Positions 1-6,659 of a stretch of DNA of 27,669 nt are shown piece by piece; within the stretch, counting starts at the first letter, position 1; every line of letters begins with the position of its first letter. The stretch lies in contig JBDRIM010000001.1 in the NCBI GenBank assembly GCA_043816005.1, forward strand, positions 1-27,669, read 5' to 3'. The DNA is from Candidatus Micrarchaeota archaeon. Its GTDB lineage: Archaea > Micrarchaeota > Micrarchaeia > Anstonellales > Bilamarchaeaceae. The notes under the pieces were generated by a model that was not told where the DNA came from, searched no databases, and saw only the letters and a list, made by a program, of their open reading frames with translations. The position numbers and the translations under genes were made by a program.

Positions 1-406
1 AGTACACATCGACCCCGCGGTTTGGTACATCGCTGTCGGCTTGGGACATCCTGGTCGTGTAGGAGCGGCCAAGGGTTGGGTTGTTCATCCATTAAAGTCC
101 CACATGAGCTGGGTTCAGTACGTCGCGAGACAGTACGGTAGTATCTCCTGGGAGTGTAGCCTCTTGAGAGTAAGGATCCTTGAGTACGAGAGGAACGGGG
201 ATTCGGCGCCTCTAGTCTACCGGTTGTGAATTGCATTGCCGGGCAGCCACGCGCCACGTCGATAAGACCTGAAAGCATCTAAGGTCGAAGCGACTCTTAA
301 AACGAGGAGGCATATACCGCGGATATCAGATCCGCTTGATAGAACTGGGGTGTAATGCGCTAGGGAAACCGAGCGTTTCAGCCCGCAGTTACTAACGGTC
401 TAATCC
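1..406 (+). rRNA. rrl: 23S rRNA, 3' portion (domain V end and domain VI), 5'-truncated by the window; 3' end approximate
   Basis: PTC-region motifs TGTCGGC, CATCCTGG, the A-loop TGTTC, GAGCTGGGTT and GAGACAG; sarcin-ricin loop AGTACGAGAGGAAC at 183-196; GAAAGCATCTAAG; GC-rich against an AT-rich background. Confidence 0.98.
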
Positions 407-420
407 ATATATTACACTTA

Positions 421-655
421 GTTCGTATTGTGGCGTAAGCCATAGACGAACAAAAAAGGGATATTGAAATTCTCCTTGGATTGTCATTTTGCAAGCTTCG
501 GCGAGCAAAAATTAACAAACTAAAACTTGTCGTTACCTTCATTCACGTATGTTTTTTGCTTATCGATTTTTCGCGTCCGCGCGAAAAATTAGCAACGACA
601 AAAATGATGCGATTTTTTATTTTTAAAATGATTAGCGTAAGCGATAAGTGTGAAT
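421..655 (+). ncRNA. Structured rRNA 3' trailer / candidate structured RNA
   Basis: Hairpin 421-451 with C-GTAA-G (GNRA) loop; hairpin 481-518 with C-TTCG-G loop; perfect 10-bp stem ATTTTTCGCG/CGCGAAAAAT at 566-589; long-range pairings 527-534/594-601 and 559-565/642-648. Confidence 0.45.
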
Positions 656-705
656 TTATAAATATTACTGGACAAATGTAAAACAAAAATAGATCAGGAA
701 TATTT

Positions 706-1053
706 ATGGGTCGCGGAAAACGAATGAATAGTGTGGAAATTATATCATATGTTCAAATTATCAATTTCTCTGGTAAAGGATATGTCTGTAAAATCCGTGG
801 AGAAGGTAAAAAAGAAAGAATAACAATTTTAGGTAGAGTAGATGGTCCTGGGAAAAGTCTAGACGATGCTTCTTTTGATGCAGAAACTTTACGAACAGCG
901 AAAGGTGGTAAGGTTGCGCTTGCTTTAGTTGACGAAAAATATTATGTAATAAACCCTATAAATTCAATGCAGGCACAACAATTAGAAAAACAAATTGCAG
1001 AACACAGAAGAAATGGACGTGTTGCTGAATTTAAAGTGCATCACTCTAGTTGA
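706..1053 (+). CDS. Hypothetical protein (beta-rich N-terminal part)
   Basis: 115-aa ORF with an ATG start, TTTATAAATA TATA-like box at 655-664, no recognisable family. Confidence 0.7.
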   Translation: MGRGKRMNSVEIISYVQIINFSGKGYVCKIRGEGKKERITILGRVDGPGKSLDDASFDAETLRTAKGGKVALALVDEKYYVINPINSMQAQQLEKQIAEHRRNGRVAEFKVHHSS

Positions 1054-1103
1054 CATATACACAAAAGACCACCTTTTTAAACTATTTTATACTAAATAAA
1101 AAT

Positions 1104-1640
1104 ATGACTGACACAGTGCTATATATAGTTCACTCACCACCTAGTACTATTTGTGATTGGGGTTTTGATGGACTGCCAATTGGTGTTGATAAAAGAACAA
1201 TACACATGGCAAAAATAGCTAAAGCAATCAAATTTGCACTGAAGAATGATCTTCCTATTATAATTGAAAGTGCTGGCGGACCAGGACGAGAATTAGATAA
1301 ATTTTTATTAGAACAAAATCTTCCAGAAGGGAGAGTTAAAGTGGTACATACAGCCGAAATTGATAACCCAGAAACTGCAGAACCAGTATTTAGAGGACAG
1401 AAAATAGAACGATTTATTGTAACTGGATATTTTAAGGAACTCTGTTGTTTGAATGCAATAAAAAATCTTAGACGATCTTTCCCAGATGCTGAAATAATAA
1501 TACTTAGAGGAGATAATAGTATTTCTTGGAGAAATGCAAGACTACCATCACAATTTCAAGTTATAAAGGATGGATTTAAAGAAAAAAGAAGGGAACTAGA
1601 TGTGAAAGTCCGCCCACTTAATCGTAAATTGGCTATTTAG
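1104..1640 (+). CDS. Divergent isochorismatase-like (cysteine hydrolase fold) protein
   Basis: ATG at 1104 about 23 nt after TTTTTAAA; N-terminal strand VLYIVH in place of xLLVID, and FIVTGYFKELCC resembling the LIVxGxxTxxCV nucleophile motif. Confidence 0.55.
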   Translation: MTDTVLYIVHSPPSTICDWGFDGLPIGVDKRTIHMAKIAKAIKFALKNDLPIIIESAGGPGRELDKFLLEQNLPEGRVKVVHTAEIDNPETAEPVFRGQKIERFIVTGYFKELCCLNAIKNLRRSFPDAEIIILRGDNSISWRNARLPSQFQVIKDGFKEKRRELDVKVRPLNRKLAI

Positions 1641-1968
1641 TTTCCGTTACTGGTTTCTTTTCCTCTTGTAACTTTTTTGCTCTTTGTTTTAAGTAAAACC
1701 AAACTCCTAGAATTCCTAGAAAATAGACTATGAAACCATATACTAAACTCGTACCATAATCCATTTTATCTCTGGCCATGAGCTGATATGCTAACGTAGA
1801 AGTGATAATATTTGCAAGAAGAGTTAAAAGAAGAAAACCAGTTATTAGCAGAAAAAATAACGAAGCATTGAGAAATATTGAAATTACCCCGGATAAAAAG
1901 GTTAAGATTAGTAGAGCAATTGTGACCTTAATACCTAAATATACGTGTTTTTCTTCCATAAACATCAT
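1633..1968 (-). CDS. Small membrane protein (about 3 TM helices), last gene of the GIDE-lemA operon
   Basis: Hydrophobic segments and a basic C-tail; starts 4 nt after the lemA stop (exact start codon uncertain). Confidence 0.8.
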   Translation of the reverse strand: MMFMEEKHVYLGIKVTIALLILTFLSGVISIFLNASLFFLLITGFLLLTLLANIITSTLAYQLMARDKMDYGTSLVYGFIVYFLGILGVWFYLKQRAKKLQEEKKPVTETK

Positions 1969-1972
1969 CAAG

Positions 1973-2563
1973 TTATTTTTTCTCTACATCCATATTAACA
2001 CTAATTACTTTTTTCTCCTCTTCAGTTGCTTTGAAATATTCTTTTTGTTTCATTCCTAAAACACTTGCTGCAACAGAATCCGGAACGGATGCAATTCTTG
2101 TATTGTAAAGTAAAACAGAATCATTGTAAAATTCTCTTCTATCAGCAATCTGGTTTTCCATGGCAGCTAATTGCTCCTGTAATTTCAAGAAATTTTGACT
2201 AGCTTGGAGTTGAGGATAATTTTCAGCAACTGCAAATAATGATTTTAAACCTGTAGTCATAGCATCATTTATTTTTGCTTTTGCACTTGGACCCTCAGCA
2301 CTCATCATATCAGTTCTTAATTTCGTAACCTCTTCAAGAACTCCTTTTTCATATTTTGCATATCCTTTTACAGTCTCAACCAAGTTTGGAATTAAATCAT
2401 TTCTTTGTTTTAGCACGACGTCTATATTAGCCCAGGATTTGTCTATGTTATTTTTGAGAGAAATTAGGCCATTGAATATTGAAATAATATAAAATAGTAC
2501 TAAGACACCAATAACAAAAACAAAAAATCCACAGCAAGCAAATAAAGCAAGTTCAGCAGCCAT
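1973..2563 (-). CDS. lemA: LemA family protein
   Basis: N-terminal TM; WANIDVVLKQRNDLIPNLVETVKGYAKYE, AENYPQLQAS, ENQIADRREFYN motifs; SD GGTGA. Confidence 0.96.
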   Translation of the reverse strand: MAAELALFACCGFFVFVIGVLVLFYIISIFNGLISLKNNIDKSWANIDVVLKQRNDLIPNLVETVKGYAKYEKGVLEEVTKLRTDMMSAEGPSAKAKINDAMTTGLKSLFAVAENYPQLQASQNFLKLQEQLAAMENQIADRREFYNDSVLLYNTRIASVPDSVAASVLGMKQKEYFKATEEEKKVISVNMDVEKK

Positions 2564-2587
2564 AAAAAATCACCATTTTTTATATTT

Positions 2588-2656
2588 GTTGAGAATGTAA
2601 TGCATTCTCGACTGTCATGGAGCATCGCTCCATAACATGACCGATGCAATAGGTCA
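2588..2656. repeat. Three abutting inverted repeats (hairpins) in the GIDE-lemA spacer
   Basis: 2588-2612 GTTGAGAATG..CATTCTCGAC; 2613-2637 TGTCATGGAGC-ATC-GCTCCATAACA; 2638-2656 TGACC..GGTCA. Confidence 0.8.
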
Positions 2657-2663
2657 ACGCAAT

Positions 2664-3431
2664 TTAAACACCTATAACAGTTAGAGTAATTAATAATCCT
2701 ATAGCAGCAAGTATAAATCCTATGCCAAACGCAATCCAAACAGAGCCGCCAATTTTATCAGCTGCTTTTTTCTCATTTGAATCACTAATGTACATCCTAT
2801 TCTCAATTTTTCCTTTTCTTATGACAAGATTTTCATGTTGAACTGCACTTGCAGTTCCTTCATTTGGTTCTGCACTACCAAGCACATAAAGAGGATCTCC
2901 TTCTGCTATAAAAGATTCAGTGATCCGAAGCTCGGTATATGCGTACCGCATAAATATTGTGAGGATAGTTGGATCTGCATTTAGATATTCCAAAACTTTT
3001 GGATCAAGTGTTTTTCTTTTCATACCTAAGAAACCTTTATCATTGACATGTCCTTTTGAAGTGAAATCTGATGGAATATCAATTTCAGCACCAGTTGGAT
3101 TGATAAGCATTTTTCCAGTATCATCATCAAGATAGAACATTTTTGATGATGATGGACTGTAGAAAGTACGCCAGCCACCATGTTTACCGGATTTGTAATA
3201 TTCGCAGTTTAATCTCCAGTAGATGCATTTAACTTTAGAAATTGGGCTGAACATTTCTTCCAAGCATTTTGCCTTACCGAAAATTTCAACTAAACCAACT
3301 GCAACTGAACGAACTTTGGATGTTGGTGTGTTCTTAATTTTTTGTTGTAAAAGAAAACGTTGTACACCACCATAGATCATAGCAAGACCAGCTAGAAATA
3401 GTAGTGGACCTATCAAGCAACAGTCAGACAT
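2664..3431 (-). CDS. GIDE-domain membrane protein (related to the non-RING domain of MUL1/SP1), LemA-associated
   Basis: TM at both ends; TPTSKVRSVAVGLVEIFG, SPISKVKCIYW, FYLDDDTGKMLINP, ESFIAEGDPLYVLG motifs; adjacent to lemA. Confidence 0.85.
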   Translation of the reverse strand: MSDCCLIGPLLFLAGLAMIYGGVQRFLLQQKIKNTPTSKVRSVAVGLVEIFGKAKCLEEMFSPISKVKCIYWRLNCEYYKSGKHGGWRTFYSPSSSKMFYLDDDTGKMLINPTGAEIDIPSDFTSKGHVNDKGFLGMKRKTLDPKVLEYLNADPTILTIFMRYAYTELRITESFIAEGDPLYVLGSAEPNEGTASAVQHENLVIRKGKIENRMYISDSNEKKAADKIGGSVWIAFGIGFILAAIGLLITLTVIGV

Positions 3432-3452
3432 AGCACAGTAAATGTAAATAAG

Positions 3453-3461
3453 TTTTATAAA
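3453..3461. promoter_or_regulatory. TATA box (TTTTATAAA), possibly serving the divergent GIDE and ppsA genes
   Basis: About 22 nt upstream of the minus-strand ATG at 3431, and upstream of the ppsA leader. Confidence 0.55.
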
Positions 3462-3479
3462 CGATGCATACGATTGTAG

Positions 3480-3529
3480 GTTAATGCGGGAAAAGTTTTC
3501 ATAAAGTGAAAGCTAGTCTACCCGCTAAC
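3480..3529 (+). promoter_or_regulatory. Structured 5' leader of ppsA
   Basis: Nested stems GTTA/TAAC, GCGGG/CCCGC and AGTTTTCA/TGAAAGCT, ending 6 nt before SD GAGGAG (3536-3541). Confidence 0.55.
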
Positions 3530-3547
3530 TATTTTGAGGAGATTTAT

Positions 3548-5950
3548 ATGAAAAACGTCATGTGGTTTAAAGAATTAAGCAAGGCGAGTTTAGCAGAAGC
3601 CGGTGGAAAAGGCGCAAATTTGGGTGAGATGTATCAAAATGGATTCCCAATACCAAATGGTTTTGTCGTCACAAGCGGAGCTTATGTAAAACACCTTGAA
3701 GCAAATAATCTTGTTGAAGGTATAACAGAAATACTTGGAAATTTAGATGTTGATGATAATGACGCATTGATGGCAGCATCTGAAAAAATAAAAGAAAGAA
3801 TAATTAATGGGACAGTACCGAACGACGTTGTTAATGATATTTTGAGATCTTATAAAGAACTTAATGAAATGACAGGTAGGCAATGTTATGTAGCTGTTCG
3901 AAGCAGTGCAACTGCAGAGGACCTTCCAACAGCAAGTTTTGCAGGACAGCAATCAACATATTTGAATGTGTTCGGTGCTGAAAATGTAGTTGAATCAGTA
4001 AAAGAATGCTGGGCATCACTTTTCGAACCAAGAGCAATATTCTACAGAGTAGAAAACAAATTTGAACATATGAAAGTTATGCTTGCGGCAGTAGTACAAA
4101 TGATGGTGCAAAGTGAAAAGGCAGGGGTAGTTTTTACTGTTGATCCATTATACCAAGACCCGGACATCTTATCAATCGAAGGTGCATTTGGACTTGGTGA
4201 GGTTGTTGTCAGTGGCCAGGTTACTCCAGATACCTATCGTATTGATAAAAAAGAAATAGGAATAATCGACAAAATAATCTCAAAACAAACATGGATGCTT
4301 ATCAAAGTTGATGGTAAGAATAAAAAAGTAGAGATAAAAGAGGAAGCACAAGGTAGGCAAAAATTATCTGATCTTGAGATTAAAGATCTTGCAAAAATTT
4401 GTAAAAGAATAGAAGATCATTATGGTTATCCGCAAGATATAGAATATGCATTTGAAAAAAATAATTTGTACATTGTCCAGTCAAGACCAATTACAACACT
4501 TAGTGATAAAAGTGGATTGGAAAAGGGGACTGGTGGTGACATGGTAACTGATAAAGGTGAAAAAATGCAGGTTCCAAAAGAAACATCAAAACACCAGGAA
4601 GTTGGCCAAGCTAAGATTATTTTGAAAGGTCTTGGTGCATCACCTGGAATAGGAATGGGGAAAGTAAAGCTAATAAAAAGTTCAAAAGAAATAAAACGGA
4701 TAGACCGTGGTGATGTCTTAGTAACTGATATGACAACACCAGATTTTGTCCCTGCAATGAAAAAAGCATCTGCAATTGTTACTAATACGGGTGGTATGAC
4801 AAGCCATGCAGCTATAGTCAGTAGAGAACTTGGTATACCCTGTGTTGTTGGTACAACCAATGCAACAACCACACTCAAAGAAGATATTGATGTTAGTGTG
4901 GATGGAAGTCACGGTATTATTTATGAAGGTTTGGTATCTGCACCAGAAGTTGCAAAAAGCGGAAGTTCATCAAATGTAAATGCAACTGTTTCTGTCCCAA
5001 TAACCGGTACAAAAATTTATGTAAACATGGCTGATGTTGATCAGGCAGAGAAAGTATCAAAGTTACCAGCTGATGGAATTGGTTTGTTACGCGCAGAATT
5101 TATTATTGCGGCCATGGGAAAACACCCTCGAAAAATGCTTGAGGAGGGTAAAAAACAGGAATATGTAGATACATTGGCAAATGACTTGAGGAAATTTGCA
5201 GCTGCGTTCTACCCAAGACCAGTAGTATACCGTGCTACTGATTTCAAAACAAATGAATATAGAAACCTTGAAGGTGGAGAAAAATATGAACCACATGAGG
5301 AAAACCCGATGATGGGGTATAGGGGAGCAGCAAGATACATAGAAGAACCAGAACTTTTCAAAATGGAACTAGAAGCAATCAAAAAAGTAAGAGATGAATA
5401 CAATCTTCCTAACTTATGGTTGATGATCCCATTCGTTAGAAGAATCGGAGAATTGAGAGCAATCAAAGACATGATGAAAGATGTTGGAATTCACAGAACA
5501 CGAGATTTCAAATTATGGATTATGGTTGAAGTCCCAAGTACGGTCGTGTTGATTGATCAGTTCTGCAAAGAAGGAATCGATGGTGTTTCAATTGGTACAA
5601 ATGATCTTACTCAACTGACATTGGGTATTGATCGTGACAATGCAACTTTGGCTAAAGGATTTGATGAACGAAATGAAGCAGTACTAAGATCACTCAAACG
5701 TGTTGTTACTATATGTAATAAATATGGAGTAACAAGTTCGCTTTGTGGTCAGGCTCCATCAGTATATCCTGAATTTGCAGAAAAACTTGTTGAATTTGGA
5801 ATTACAAGTATGTCTGTTAATCCAGATGCAGTTGGAAGAACAAGAAGGATTGTTGCTAGTGCTGAACAAAAAATTATGTTGCATAGACTTGCAGCGCTTA
5901 CAAAAAAGATTGATACAGACGAACTTACAATGCAGGATGAGTATGAGTAA
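3548..5950 (+). CDS. ppsA: Phosphoenolpyruvate synthase
   Basis: GGKGANLGE, AVRSSATAEDLPTASFAGQ, phospho-His motif GGMTSHAAI, SIGTNDLTQ; SD GAGGAG before ATG 3548. Confidence 0.98.
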   Translation: MKNVMWFKELSKASLAEAGGKGANLGEMYQNGFPIPNGFVVTSGAYVKHLEANNLVEGITEILGNLDVDDNDALMAASEKIKERIINGTVPNDVVNDILRSYKELNEMTGRQCYVAVRSSATAEDLPTASFAGQQSTYLNVFGAENVVESVKECWASLFEPRAIFYRVENKFEHMKVMLAAVVQMMVQSEKAGVVFTVDPLYQDPDILSIEGAFGLGEVVVSGQVTPDTYRIDKKEIGIIDKIISKQTWMLIKVDGKNKKVEIKEEAQGRQKLSDLEIKDLAKICKRIEDHYGYPQDIEYAFEKNNLYIVQSRPITTLSDKSGLEKGTGGDMVTDKGEKMQVPKETSKHQEVGQAKIILKGLGASPGIGMGKVKLIKSSKEIKRIDRGDVLVTDMTTPDFVPAMKKASAIVTNTGGMTSHAAIVSRELGIPCVVGTTNATTTLKEDIDVSVDGSHGIIYEGLVSAPEVAKSGSSSNVNATVSVPITGTKIYVNMADVDQAEKVSKLPADGIGLLRAEFIIAAMGKHPRKMLEEGKKQEYVDTLANDLRKFAAAFYPRPVVYRATDFKTNEYRNLEGGEKYEPHEENPMMGYRGAARYIEEPELFKMELEAIKKVRDEYNLPNLWLMIPFVRRIGELRAIKDMMKDVGIHRTRDFKLWIMVEVPSTVVLIDQFCKEGIDGVSIGTNDLTQLTLGIDRDNATLAKGFDERNEAVLRSLKRVVTICNKYGVTSSLCGQAPSVYPEFAEKLVEFGITSMSVNPDAVGRTRRIVASAEQKIMLHRLAALTKKIDTDELTMQDEYE

Positions 5951-6655
5951 ATGAAACAAATTTTATGTGTTTTTTTTATTATTTCTTTAATATATGCAGT
6001 ACATCCTCCTTGGGTCAAACCAGGTGTTGTTGCTATTTATGATGGATATTCTGGAGTAAAAAATGCTGCTGGTGGCTATGATACACCAGTACAAGTAAGA
6101 ATTACAGATACCATAAGCAGTATCGATCAAAACGAAATATTAGTGACAATTACTTTTCAAGAAATTAGTTCTGGGACTATGCTTCCAACTCAGATCCAAA
6201 AAGTGAAAATTAGTGATTCTATCGGAGCATTTTGGGCAGATCCAAAAGAACTAGCAAAATTAAAACAGGGAGACAAAGTTGGCCCATTCACAGTTACTGG
6301 TGTAGGACCTCTTGAAGTAAACGGCAAACAATGGAATGTTGTAATGATCAATTACGAAGAGGATGATGTGAGACTTACATACGTTTTTGACATTCCAACC
6401 GGCTTGTTAGTTTCGCTTACTGAAATACATGGAAAACAAGAAGTTTACGGATATTTCAGTTCGATTAATACTGATATTAATGCAGGGTATATCGCACCAG
6501 ACCCAATTGTTGGTAATAATAACATACAACAAAATAATACGCAGCAATTTGGTGCAAACCAAACAGAAGAAAGCCTGCCAAAACAGATAGGTAAAATTTG
6601 TGGTTCATCATTTTCATTTATATTATTGCTTGTTTACATATATTTTAGAGGTTGA
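5951..6655 (+). CDS. Exported protein with signal peptide, N/Q-rich linker and C-terminal ICGS-TM-R anchor
   Basis: N-terminal MKQILCVFFIISLIYA; C-terminal KICGSSFSFILLLVYIYFRG; directly abuts ppsA. Confidence 0.85.
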   Translation: MKQILCVFFIISLIYAVHPPWVKPGVVAIYDGYSGVKNAAGGYDTPVQVRITDTISSIDQNEILVTITFQEISSGTMLPTQIQKVKISDSIGAFWADPKELAKLKQGDKVGPFTVTGVGPLEVNGKQWNVVMINYEEDDVRLTYVFDIPTGLLVSLTEIHGKQEVYGYFSSINTDINAGYIAPDPIVGNNNIQQNNTQQFGANQTEESLPKQIGKICGSSFSFILLLVYIYFRG

Positions 6656-6659
6656 AACT

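Noticed and set aside
41..229. 62-aa ORF
   Set aside because: Lies inside the 23S rRNA gene
481..681. 66-aa ORF, or a possible 5S rRNA
   Set aside because: TTG start, no SD, overlaps hairpins; no 5S motifs and too AT-rich
1050..1103. N-terminal extensions in the ORF track (also at 3506, 6600, 11116, 16945, 17279, 21148, 26442)
   Set aside because: Downstream starts fit SD/TATA position or avoid gene overlaps better
3743..5472. Antisense ORFs within ppsA, and similar ones within the protease, dph2 and ATP synthase genes
   Set aside because: Shadow ORFs of well-supported genes with no protein-family features
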